From NCBI GenBank assembly GCA_001824915.1, contig MHTS01000024.1, positions 1 to 52,945 on the forward strand: a DNA stretch of 52,945 nt, in the 5' to 3' direction. Numbering within the stretch: the first letter of the stretch is position 1; every line of letters starts with the position of its first letter. The DNA comes from Candidatus Wildermuthbacteria bacterium RIFCSPHIGHO2_01_FULL_48_27b. GTDB taxonomy: Bacteria; Patescibacteriota; Minisyncoccia; Minisyncoccales; UBA10102. Shown here piece after piece: positions 38,577 through 47,173 of the stretch. The position numbers and the translations under genes are program-made. The notes below the pieces were generated by a model that was given only the letters and a program-made list of their open reading frames with translations, searched no databases and had not been told where the DNA came from.

Positions 38577-38639
38577 TACGAATAACGAATAATCACGAAT
38601 TTACGAATTCGTATATTCGTACAGATTCGTAATTCGTAG
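38577..38639. repeat. Palindromic array: four ACGAAT units then four ATTCGT units, filling the spacer upstream of miaA
   Basis: cTACGAATaACGAATaatcACGAATttACGAATTCGTAtATTCGTAcagATTCGTAATTCGTAG, symmetric about ACGAATTCGT. Confidence 0.8.
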
Positions 38640-38641
38640 AG

Positions 38642-40243
38642 TTAATGGATTTCGTCTTTTTTCTCGCGCAAGAAACTTCGCCATTGCTCCAAGAATTCTA
38701 CGAATATCTGGAAAGGCGCTTCAATAAGAAAATTGAGCACAAGGACAAGCACATTGTACCGGCCTATCTGCCCGGAAAGCCATCGTCCAACCTGAATCAT
38801 CGGCAAAGAGAAAATATCAAATACGTTGTACAAAAATCCCTCTTTAGTGGTTTCCACCATCAGTTCGCGCGCCTGCTGGCGAATTTTCGTCCCTGCGAAA
38901 AGCACGAGCGACATAAACATCAAAAAGATAACCATGGAGAAAGGCGAAAATTCAAGTTTTTGCAAAACCCATATGAGCGCGCCGAAAGAAATGATAAAAC
39001 TTAAAAGATAAAAGACATAAACTGTGCTCGCCCCAAGTCCGGCTCGTTTGCGCGGCGGGAAAATATTATGCGGTTCTTGACTTCCGCGCACCTGAATAAT
39101 CTTTACAACCTCCATCATCACGCGCTCGAAGTTGCGCTGCGTGCTTGTCCGCACGGTGGCAACCAAACCAAACAGCACGATAGCAGGAACCACAACACTC
39201 AAGCCGATTGCGACATAGTTAAGTTCCGACTGCAAATATCGATCCACCGGGACTTCAATCGCGAGCGCAATCAGTATTTTCGTGATAAATATTGATAGGA
39301 TACTGTAAAAAGCCGCCCGGCCAATACGCCTCCGCAATCTCGCATGGCGCTTATCATACGCGTGCCGAATTGCGCCTTCCAAACTTGGAGGATCGTTCAC
39401 GAATTGTTCGAAACGGTCGGTGTCGTCACTTAGTATATCGTGCAAAATAAGATAAGGAGTATCGTATTTCTCCGCGAGCTGGTAAAAACGCTCGCTATAC
39501 GGGTGGGAAATGATTTTCTCGACATTTTCGCGCAAGGTATCGAGATTCTCCGCAACATACGCAAGAGTTTCCTGCGATGGAGTTTCCCAATCCGGATAAA
39601 ACTTTTCGAGAATATGGTACGCAATGCTAAAATTATCGAGTTTAAACAATGTCTTCTGCACGGCCACATAAATCTGCAGCCTCTTTTCGCCTTCCGCGAG
39701 CGGCCTTTCCAGATCGCGTTTTCGGGCAACCAGATTTATGTTTTTCTCCAAGTCTTCAGTCATTAACTCGATAAGAGCGCGCTCACGCCGCGGCACAGAA
39801 AGAGCCTCTTCAATTTCCACCGCGGCTATGGAAAGAATCCAATCGGCAGAATTCCTCCCTCCATTCTTCTGTCTATTTCGCGAATGCTCCGCGATAAATA
39901 TGTATTTCTCGATAACGGTCTGAATTTCGTCAACCTGCGCGAATGAAATTTTCTTGTTTGGAAAATGCCCTCCGCGCACAAGCTCGGCAAGAAAATTCTC
40001 CGCAAAGTCTTCGCTTACCTTATGTATAGCAAGCCGGCGCTTGAGAATACGTTCAATCGCGGTTTTTCGAAGCAAGTGTTCGGCTCTCCAATCCACGATC
40101 TCCCGAAGCTTTTCATAAAATAAAGCTACGCGAGCCACGATCTCGTCCACAGAGATTACCTCCTCTTCCTGCCGAACTTGGGCCCTTCCTCTCCACAATT
40201 CATATTCTGCGATAAGTTTTCGCACTCCCGGAGAAATTATCAT
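38642..40243 (-). CDS. Hypothetical multi-pass membrane protein (soluble N-terminal half, C-terminal TM bundle)
   Basis: 533-aa ORF with an ATGA overlap to thrS. Several hydrophobic helices after about residue 310 (AAFYSILSIFITKILIALAI, VAIGLSVVVPAIVLFGLVA, VYVFYLLSFIISFGALIWVL, MVIFLMFMSLVLFAG). Family not confidently recognised. Confidence 0.6.
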   Translation of the reverse strand: MIISPGVRKLIAEYELWRGRAQVRQEEEVISVDEIVARVALFYEKLREIVDWRAEHLLRKTAIERILKRRLAIHKVSEDFAENFLAELVRGGHFPNKKISFAQVDEIQTVIEKYIFIAEHSRNRQKNGGRNSADWILSIAAVEIEEALSVPRRERALIELMTEDLEKNINLVARKRDLERPLAEGEKRLQIYVAVQKTLFKLDNFSIAYHILEKFYPDWETPSQETLAYVAENLDTLRENVEKIISHPYSERFYQLAEKYDTPYLILHDILSDDTDRFEQFVNDPPSLEGAIRHAYDKRHARLRRRIGRAAFYSILSIFITKILIALAIEVPVDRYLQSELNYVAIGLSVVVPAIVLFGLVATVRTSTQRNFERVMMEVVKIIQVRGSQEPHNIFPPRKRAGLGASTVYVFYLLSFIISFGALIWVLQKLEFSPFSMVIFLMFMSLVLFAGTKIRQQARELMVETTKEGFLYNVFDIFSLPMIQVGRWLSGQIGRYNVLVLVLNFLIEAPFQIFVEFLEQWRSFLREKKDEIH

Positions 40244-42045
40244 ACGCGTATATGAGTTTTTTGAACAAACGCTTCAAGTTTCATTACACCAAGATTGCCT
40301 TTGCCGCGCTCACGCACGCTTATTTCATTGTTACTCATTTCTTTTTCTCCAACCACAAGCAAATAGGGTATTTTCATTGTTTCACCTTCCCGAATTCGTT
40401 TGCCCAGCGTTTCGTTTTCGACGTTCACTCGAACGCGAAAATCTTTATTGGCGGCGAGAAGTTTTTGCTGAACCTCTTGCGCGTAGCCCGCGAATTTATC
40501 CGATACCGGTAAAATCCAAATTTGTTCGGGCGCCAGCCAAAAAGGAAATGCGCCGGCATAATGCTCAATCAGCACGCCCAAAAAGCGTTCAGGCGAACCC
40601 ACGATAGCGGCATGAATCATGACCGGAGTTTTCTTTTTCCCTTGTTCGTCAACATATTCCAAACCGAAGCGGCCCGGCATATTAAGGTCAAACTGAATAG
40701 TGGACAGCTGCCACTCTCTTCCAAGAGAATCTTTTGCCATCAAATCCATTTTGGGACCGTAAAAAGCGGCCTCACCCTGCGCTTCTTTGTATTCTACACC
40801 CTTCTTCTTCAAAAGATTTCGCAGTGTGGTTTGAGATTTCCCCCAGGTAACGTCGTCTCCCAGATACTTTTTTTTGTTTTTCTCGTCGCGCAGCGAAAGT
40901 CGAATCCAGTACTTCATTGCGTACGTTTTCATTGCTTTTTCCACCGCGCCAAGCACCCGGTTAAACTCATCTTCTATCTGATCTTCTGTGCAGAAAGAGT
41001 GGCCGTCGTCTTGCGAGAATGCCCGGAGCCGCGAAAGACCATTCAGTTCTCCCGGTTTTTCGTCGCGGTACAAATTGGCAAAGTCGGCAAAACGCAACGG
41101 CAAATCTTTATAGCTGCGCAGTTCTGAAGCATATAGCTGCGTGTGCTGCGGACAGTTCATGGGTTTCAGAAAGTATTCTTCCTCGGTATAGTTGGAACGT
41201 ACGTGAAACATACTTTCTTTATACTTGTCGTAGTGTCCGGAAATCTTGAAAAGCTCTGCCTTGTTTATTTGGGGAGTGTACACCTCTTGATATCCAATTT
41301 CTTTCCGCAGCTCTCGGGAATAATCCTTTATTTTTTGCAAAACCGCCGTTCCTTTCGGCGTATACACAGGGAGCCCGGGACCAATGAGTTCAGAAAACAC
41401 GAAAAGCCCAAGGTCGCGGCCGAGTTTTCGATGATCGCGTTTTTCGGCTTCTTCTTGCCGCCAAAGGTAATCATCGAGTTCCTGCTTAGTGGCAAACGCC
41501 GCCCCATACACGCGGGTGAGCATGGGATTTTTTTCATCACCTCGCCAGTAAGCTCCTGCAACGCTTGTAAGTTTGAAAGCATCAAGCGGCAGTTCGCTCG
41601 TATTTTTTACGTGTCCGCCGCGGCACAAATCCAAAAACACATCGCCCATGTGCACCATTCCAACTTTAGTGAGGATGCGTGAAGCTGGAGGCCGCCGGAG
41701 CGCAGTTCGGGCCTGCCTCGCGGAGTCAAGGCGGGTTGGCCGTGCGAGTTCCTGAATCAAATCAAGTTTATACGGCTGTTTTAGTTTCTTGTAGTGCAGC
41801 GATGCCTTAGGCGCTGGCCACAGTTCCTTTTTGAAAGCCAAATTCTGCTTCACGATATTCCTCATTTCCTCCTCGATTTTGGGCAAATCCGCCTCGGTAA
41901 TTTTGAGTTTTCCAAAATCATAATAAAACCCGTTTTCAATCACGGGCCCAATTCCCAATTCCACCTTGGGATAGAGCTTTTTTACGGCCGCCGCGAGCAC
42001 ATGCGCGAACGAATGCCTTATATTTTCAATCGGTGAATCTGCCAT
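40240..42045 (-). CDS. thrS: Threonine--tRNA ligase
   Basis: RHSFAHVLAAAV..., DLCRGGHV, class II core (FRDEKPGELNGLSRLRAFSQDDGH), C-terminal anticodon-binding domain. Carries one in-frame repeat. Confidence 0.95.
   Translation of the reverse strand: MADSPIENIRHSFAHVLAAAVKKLYPKVELGIGPVIENGFYYDFGKLKITEADLPKIEEEMRNIVKQNLAFKKELWPAPKASLHYKKLKQPYKLDLIQELARPTRLDSARQARTALRRPPASRILTKVGMVHMGDVFLDLCRGGHVKNTSELPLDAFKLTSVAGAYWRGDEKNPMLTRVYGAAFATKQELDDYLWRQEEAEKRDHRKLGRDLGLFVFSELIGPGLPVYTPKGTAVLQKIKDYSRELRKEIGYQEVYTPQINKAELFKISGHYDKYKESMFHVRSNYTEEEYFLKPMNCPQHTQLYASELRSYKDLPLRFADFANLYRDEKPGELNGLSRLRAFSQDDGHSFCTEDQIEDEFNRVLGAVEKAMKTYAMKYWIRLSLRDEKNKKKYLGDDVTWGKSQTTLRNLLKKKGVEYKEAQGEAAFYGPKMDLMAKDSLGREWQLSTIQFDLNMPGRFGLEYVDEQGKKKTPVMIHAAIVGSPERFLGVLIEHYAGAFPFWLAPEQIWILPVSDKFAGYAQEVQQKLLAANKDFRVRVNVENETLGKRIREGETMKIPYLLVVGEKEMSNNEISVRERGKGNLGVMKLEAFVQKTHIRV
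41711..41736. repeat. GC-rich imperfect palindrome in-frame in thrS
   Basis: The + strand reads GCCTGCCTCG-cggagt-CAAGGCGGGT. On the coding (minus) strand this encodes TRLDSARQA inside the insert ARPTRLDSARQARTALRRPPAS. Confidence 0.8.
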
Positions 42046-42173
42046 ATCGAATTACTCCACACTACCACAAAAAAGCTGCAAAAACCAGTAGGGGAGTGAA
42101 AGTAAGGTTTAACCTTACCCAAAGAAAAACCGCTCGTGTTGCACTTACTTGTTGAACCCACCAGACAAAAAAC

Positions 42174-42202
42174 TTGACAAATTACACAATAATAGGTAAA
42201 AT
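42174..42202 (+). promoter_or_regulatory. Near-consensus sigma70 promoter of the orphan cassette
   Basis: TTGACA-17 nt-TAAAAT. Confidence 0.5.
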
Positions 42203-42243
42203 TCACTCCGTTGCGGTGCATTACTACTAGAGCCGGAGGAAAA

Positions 42244-42624
42244 ATGAAGGCAAAATTCTACCAACTCCAGTCCAAACTTGGGCTTGTGAAGTTCCTTGAG
42301 ATGGGTGCTGGAGAACAAGATGCAGAGACTACTACCGGTAAAACTGATGCTCTTCTCGCCGGAGCCTGCTACCCTCCCCTCGATCTTACTAGCATAGGAT
42401 TGGGGAAGGTATACGAGTACATGTTCCGAGGCTATGGGGAAGGCGTCGCGGGCTTACTCCTACGAATTGCCGATGCTCTCAACCAAAAAGAGGTTCGTCG
42501 CCACGAGATCTGGACAGTAGATCAAACAAAGGACCCTCCCCTGCTTATTGGCGTAACTTTCACACTGTCGCCGCACGAGGTGTTATTCATAGTTTTAGAC
42601 GAAATCAATGCTCTTGCTAGTTAA
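42244..42624 (+). CDS. Hypothetical protein (orphan, opposite strand to flanking thrS and dnaE)
   Basis: SD GGAGGA 5 nt before the ATG at 42244; 126 aa; no recognisable domain; followed by the structured element. Confidence 0.5.
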   Translation: MKAKFYQLQSKLGLVKFLEMGAGEQDAETTTGKTDALLAGACYPPLDLTSIGLGKVYEYMFRGYGEGVAGLLLRIADALNQKEVRRHEIWTVDQTKDPPLLIGVTFTLSPHEVLFIVLDEINALAS

Positions 42625-42646
42625 CGAGGGGACACAAGAACAACAG

Positions 42647-42800
42647 GGGCAGGCGACGAGAAGTCCAAACCTTCTTTCGCCTGCCCACTCTTATTGAGTT
42701 CATCAACAAATTGATGGGTTCAACAGGAGTTCCAGTACTTTTAAATATACATCCGCCGCTTCATAGCGGCGAAACGGACATTACTCCAGAAACGCTTAAA
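42647..42800 (+). ncRNA. Structured element, copy A of a 3-copy family
   Basis: Helix 1 GGGCAGGCGA..TCGCCTGCCC (42647-42686). Helix 2 TCATCAA-caaa-TTGATGG (42700-42717). GAGT..CTTTTAAA linker. Hairpin CGCCGC-ttcata-GCGGCG containing the 17-mer CGCTTCATAGCGGCGAA (42757-42773), which is identical to 52907-52923. Confidence 0.45.
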
Positions 42801-43015
42801 ACAATTGATTGAAGGAAGTGGAAACAAGTGGTAGTGTTCGTATCACTGCTATGAAGCAGGGGAGCGCGGCTTCGGTCGCACCTCTGCTGCTTCTATCAAA
42901 GTTCACAAAAGTAAACAAAAGCAACTACTACGAAATATTGCATATGCGGAAATTCGTAGTGCTGTAGTACGCATTATGGTAGTGAGGCAATAAAGCTTTT
43001 ATGGATTTTGATAGA

Positions 43016-43046
43016 AACAAAACCTGACAGTTGCTGTCGGGTTTTG
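43016..43046. terminator. Bidirectional hairpin terminator at the 3' end of dnaE
   Basis: AAAACC(T)GACAG-ttg-CTGTCGGGTTTT, with T-runs on both strands. Confidence 0.6.
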
Positions 43047-43048
43047 TT

Positions 43049-46000
43049 TTAGGAGGCGACAATTTCCTCGACTTCTTCGGCGAGGAATTTTTTTTCGCCG
43101 TCTCGGCTGTCGAGACGCCCGGTTATAAACACCATCTTATTCTCTTGCAGGGCGGTCGGATAGCGCTCAATCACCGAAGGGAACACCACGACTTCGATAC
43201 GGTCGGTTAAATCCTCCAGATTTACAAAAAGCATGGGCTTCCCAGTCTTGGTAATAATTCTTTTTACCGAAGAAATAATACCTCCGATGCGCAAACGCTC
43301 GCGTTGCCGGCTAAACTGAAACTTATACCGCGTATTTTGAATCTCCTGCACTGCCTCTTGCAGCGAGTGGATCGCCAACGCCCTGCTCTCCAAAATGTTT
43401 TTGATCGCTTTCAAAGGATGAGAAGTAACATATAATCCCAGCAGTTCCTTTTCCCAAAGCAAAAGCTCTGACTCTTTTGCGGGTTCTGTGGCTTCCAGCA
43501 CGAGTGAAGAATGATTCTGTTCTGCCGGCTGGCTGTCGAACAAACCTTTTTGCCCATTGGCTTTTGTTTTCTGATTTTCACGCGCAACAGTGAGCAATCG
43601 CTCCATGTTTTTTAGGAGCTGATTGCGCTCGCCGAACTGATCGAATACGCCGGCTTTTACCATGCTTTCCATTGATTTCTTGTTCAAATCTTTTGTTGCC
43701 ACGCGCGTTACAAAATTTTGAATCGCCAGATAAGGGCCGTTCCCTTTGCGTTCTTGAATAATGGACGCCACAATCCCTTCGCCCACGTTTTTGATGGCCA
43801 ATAGCCCAAAGCGAATCTGATTTTTGGCCGGCACGGCAGAAAAAAAGGCGAAGCTCTCGTTCACGTCGGGAGGCAGCACTTCAATGCCCATTTTTCTCGT
43901 TTCCTCGATCAAGAACGCGATACGTTCAACATCGTTGCGTTCTGAAGTTAAAAGAGCGGACATATACTCCAAAGGATAATTTGCCTTGAGCCAAGCGGTC
44001 TGGTAGGCAATGGTGGCGTAGCACGCCGCATGGCTTCTATTAAAACCATAGCTCGCGAAAGGCTCGATAAAATCAAAAACGCTTTCCGCGATTTTCTTTG
44101 AAGTTCCGGCGGCGACTGCTCTTTCAACAAATTTTACTTTTTGCTCCTCCAAGAGCGTCTTTATCTTTTTGCCGATGGCTTTGCGGAGAATATCTGCCTC
44201 TCCATAGGAAAATCCGGCAAGTTCTCGCGCCACCTGCAGAATTTGTTCCTGGTACACGGCAATCCCATACGTATTGCGTAAAATGGGTTCTAGCTTTGGA
44301 TGCAAATACCGAATTTCTTTTTCTCCATGCTTGCGGGCGATGTAGTCGGGAATAAGTTCCATGGGACCCGGCCGATAAAGCGCAACCATCGCGATAATGT
44401 CTTCAAACTCGGTTGGCTTCAATTCTTTTAAGTATCTCCGCATACCGCCACTTTCCAATTGAAATACTCCGGTTGTATCGCCCGCCTGCAAAAGCTTATA
44501 CACTTTTGGATCATTCAAAGGGATAGTATCGATATCAATATTTTTGCCGCGAATGGCGTATATGCGCTTGAGCGTTTCTTCAATAATGCTCAAGTTTTTC
44601 AAACCCAGAAAATCCATTTTCAGAAGGCCGATGTCTTCCACGCTGTGCATTTCGTATTGGGTAACTATCGCCTCGTCGTTTTGCGTGGGGTGCTGCAGAG
44701 GCACGCGCGTATCCAAGGGTTCCGCGGCAATCACCACGCCGCACGCGTGCGTGGAAGCATGGCGCGCGACGCCCTCGAGTTTTTTGCCCAAATCAATCAG
44801 GCGTTTTGCCTTTTCATCTTCCTCATACAGAGTTTTAAATTCGTCTACCTGTTCTAAAGCCTCTGTGAGCGAAGATCCAAAAGGAATCATCTTTGCCGCG
44901 CGATCGCAGTATCCATACTCATATTCAAGCGCGCGCCCTACATCGCGTATCACGGCGCGCGAGGCCATCGTTCCAAATGTAATAATTTGCGCCACGCGGT
45001 CCCGCCCGTATTTTTGAGCCACGTATTCTATAACTTCGTCACGCCTGGTGTCCGCAAAATCCAAATCAATATCAGGCAGAGAAACGCGCTCTGGGTTCAA
45101 AAATCGCTCAAACAAAAGCTTATAGCGAATCGGATCAACGTTTGTAATCTTGAGCAAGTAAGCCACAATGGACCCGGCGGCAGATCCGCGGCCCGGCCCC
45201 ACCACAATGCGGTTTTGTTTTGCCCAATTCACAAAGTCTTGCACAATTAAAAAGTAGGCGGCAAATCCGGTTTGGCGAATCACATCGAGTTCATATTCCA
45301 ACCGGTCGACTGCTTCTTTGGAATCTTTATATTGCGGCTTCTCTCGCAATCCCTGATAACAGAGTCCTTTGAGGTATTCGTTTGCCGTCTTTCCTTGAGG
45401 GAGCGGGAATTCTGGAAGCAAATTTTTCCCGAGCTCTATTTCGAGGCTGCACGCGTCAACTATTTTTTGGGTATTTTCCAAGGCTTCCGGAATATCTTTG
45501 AAAAGTTCTGCCATTTCTTCTGCGCTTTTGAGAGAAAAGTCGTCTCCCTTAAGGCTTAAGCGCTCAGAATCCCCGTTTTTCGCGCCCGTGTTAATGAGCA
45601 TTAAGATGTCTTGCGCTTCCGCGTCGTCTTTTCGCAGATAATGCGAATCGGCAGTTGCCACCAAAGGAATACCGGTGCGCTTGGAGATTGCGATCAATTC
45701 TTTGTTTACTGTTTCTTGTTCTTTGATATTCGGATGATTTTGCAGCTCCAAATAATAATTCCCTTTGCCGAATATATCTTGGTACCGCAGAGCGATTTTC
45801 TCCGCTTCAGCAAGTTTGCCTGCCAAAATCGCGCGGGAAACTTTTCCCGCCAAACACGCAGAAAGAGCAATAAGACCATCCGCGTGCTGCGCCAACAACT
45901 TTTCATCCACGCGAGGCTTATAGTAGAACCCATCCAAGTGGGCGCGGGTCAAGAGTTTTACGAGATTTTTATATCCTTTTTCGTTTTTGACGAGAAGAAT

Positions 46001-46270
46001 TAAGTGATAAATCGTGTCGTCCACGCCCGGGCGCTTATCTGCCATATTTTCAAACGCCAAATAAATTTCGCATCCCAAAATTGGTTTAATGCCCTTTGCT
46101 TTCGCTTTTTTGTAAAACTCCACCGCGCCATATAGATTGCCGTGATCGGTTAGAGCCACTGTGTCCATATTAAGCTCCCGCACCCTATCCAAAAGCTGGT
46201 CTATTTTCGGCAGACCATCCAAAAGGGAATAGTGACTATGCACATGGAGATGAGTAAATTGAGAAGACAT
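43049..46270 (-). CDS. dnaE: DNA polymerase III alpha subunit
   Basis: MSSQFTHLHVHSHYSLLDG (PHP domain), ...PDIDLDF..., 1073 aa with a C-terminal OB fold. Confidence 0.95.
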   Translation of the reverse strand: MSSQFTHLHVHSHYSLLDGLPKIDQLLDRVRELNMDTVALTDHGNLYGAVEFYKKAKAKGIKPILGCEIYLAFENMADKRPGVDDTIYHLILLVKNEKGYKNLVKLLTRAHLDGFYYKPRVDEKLLAQHADGLIALSACLAGKVSRAILAGKLAEAEKIALRYQDIFGKGNYYLELQNHPNIKEQETVNKELIAISKRTGIPLVATADSHYLRKDDAEAQDILMLINTGAKNGDSERLSLKGDDFSLKSAEEMAELFKDIPEALENTQKIVDACSLEIELGKNLLPEFPLPQGKTANEYLKGLCYQGLREKPQYKDSKEAVDRLEYELDVIRQTGFAAYFLIVQDFVNWAKQNRIVVGPGRGSAAGSIVAYLLKITNVDPIRYKLLFERFLNPERVSLPDIDLDFADTRRDEVIEYVAQKYGRDRVAQIITFGTMASRAVIRDVGRALEYEYGYCDRAAKMIPFGSSLTEALEQVDEFKTLYEEDEKAKRLIDLGKKLEGVARHASTHACGVVIAAEPLDTRVPLQHPTQNDEAIVTQYEMHSVEDIGLLKMDFLGLKNLSIIEETLKRIYAIRGKNIDIDTIPLNDPKVYKLLQAGDTTGVFQLESGGMRRYLKELKPTEFEDIIAMVALYRPGPMELIPDYIARKHGEKEIRYLHPKLEPILRNTYGIAVYQEQILQVARELAGFSYGEADILRKAIGKKIKTLLEEQKVKFVERAVAAGTSKKIAESVFDFIEPFASYGFNRSHAACYATIAYQTAWLKANYPLEYMSALLTSERNDVERIAFLIEETRKMGIEVLPPDVNESFAFFSAVPAKNQIRFGLLAIKNVGEGIVASIIQERKGNGPYLAIQNFVTRVATKDLNKKSMESMVKAGVFDQFGERNQLLKNMERLLTVARENQKTKANGQKGLFDSQPAEQNHSSLVLEATEPAKESELLLWEKELLGLYVTSHPLKAIKNILESRALAIHSLQEAVQEIQNTRYKFQFSRQRERLRIGGIISSVKRIITKTGKPMLFVNLEDLTDRIEVVVFPSVIERYPTALQENKMVFITGRLDSRDGEKKFLAEEVEEIVAS

Positions 46271-46340
46271 TTGTCTTATTATTGTATCAAATCAAAAGTA
46301 ACGATACAACGAAGCACATTTGTAGCTTTTTGCGCTAACA

Positions 46341-46369
46341 TTGACTTCTCTATAATACTGTGTTATAGT
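46341..46369 (+). promoter_or_regulatory. Sigma70-type promoter
   Basis: TTGACT-17 nt-TATAGT, upstream of SD GAAGGAGG and the TTG start at 46415. Confidence 0.4.
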
Positions 46370-46414
46370 GTTGTTGTTCTTTACAACTACATACTGTGAA
46401 GAAGGAGGTGCGCC

Positions 46415-47116
46415 TTGCGCGTAGTTACGTATAATACACAGGCCGGGCTCCCAGGGCGCACGCTCTGGGAGAGTCTGAAGGCGTACCTTTACGTCTTCAA
46501 GATTCGGAAATTCGCGCCACGGCCCAGTGTTGGTATGCGGCGCGCCATCCAAATGGTGGGGGAGGATTTCAACGCAGACATCCTTTGTCTGCAAGAAATT
46601 CCTGCGCAGTGGATGAAAGCTGTGCAAGACCTGCTGCGCGCATCCGGCTATCGCTACTTCTCGTCGGGTACGACGAAAAGTCGCCTTCGCTGGCATGTGG
46701 GCATCCTCATTGCCAGCAAAATCGCCGGCAGGTCGTTCGAAGTACACCTCCCCCAAGAGAACACTCTTCGGGGTGGAGGGGGTTCAGCCGGAATCTCCCT
46801 TCTGGGTGTGACCATCATCGGAACACACCTCGGTTGGGGCGGTGCAAAGATCCTAACGCCCCAATTCACCACCTTAGCATCGCTATGCCGAAAGGAGCAT
46901 GAGCTAGGGCAGAAGGTTCTAATCCTTGGCGACTTCAATCGCACCAATATATCCCTGCTCGGATTGAGAGAACTAAGCCAGCTCACGCATCCGAGCTGGC
47001 GTCCAAATGCGCCTTTGGATCACATTCTTGTCGATCCAAGCGCACGAATCAAGCAATGCAATGTATTCCGCGGAGATTCAGACCATCTCGGTCTGTGCGC
47101 CGACATTGTATTCTGA
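46415..47116 (+). CDS. Endonuclease/exonuclease/phosphatase (EEP) family protein
   Basis: MRVVTYNTQAG..., ADILCLQEI, LILGDFNRT, C-terminal SDHLGLCADI. TTG start with a strong SD. GC visibly above the backbone. Confidence 0.8.
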   Translation: MRVVTYNTQAGLPGRTLWESLKAYLYVFKIRKFAPRPSVGMRRAIQMVGEDFNADILCLQEIPAQWMKAVQDLLRASGYRYFSSGTTKSRLRWHVGILIASKIAGRSFEVHLPQENTLRGGGGSAGISLLGVTIIGTHLGWGGAKILTPQFTTLASLCRKEHELGQKVLILGDFNRTNISLLGLRELSQLTHPSWRPNAPLDHILVDPSARIKQCNVFRGDSDHLGLCADIVF

Positions 47117-47173
47117 GCCGAGCAAGCACCCGTCGCAATCGCTTCGGGTGTTTTTCTTTGGTACAATACCTCA

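Noticed and set aside
38577-38639. Possible CRISPR array (regularly repeated short units); also considered at 32733-32772.
   Set aside because: The repeat unit is only 7-9 nt, with 0-4 nt between units. There are no spacers of about 30 nt, and no cas genes are in the window. These are heptamer or palindromic arrays, not CRISPR.
42121-42146. Palindrome GTAAGGTTTAACCTTAC upstream of the 42174 promoter, considered as a terminator or operator.
   Set aside because: There is no T-run on either strand and only a single occurrence. It may belong to the thrS 5' region, but I cannot support a function.
42647-42724. Integron attC-like recombination site: the element sits 3' of cassette ORFs, GTTCAAC occurs at 42718, and GTTGAAC occurs at 42151.
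   Set aside because: No intI integrase and no attI are visible. The 7-mers are in the wrong relative arrangement for R''/R' core sites and could easily occur by chance. I keep this only as one speculative function inside the structured-element findings.
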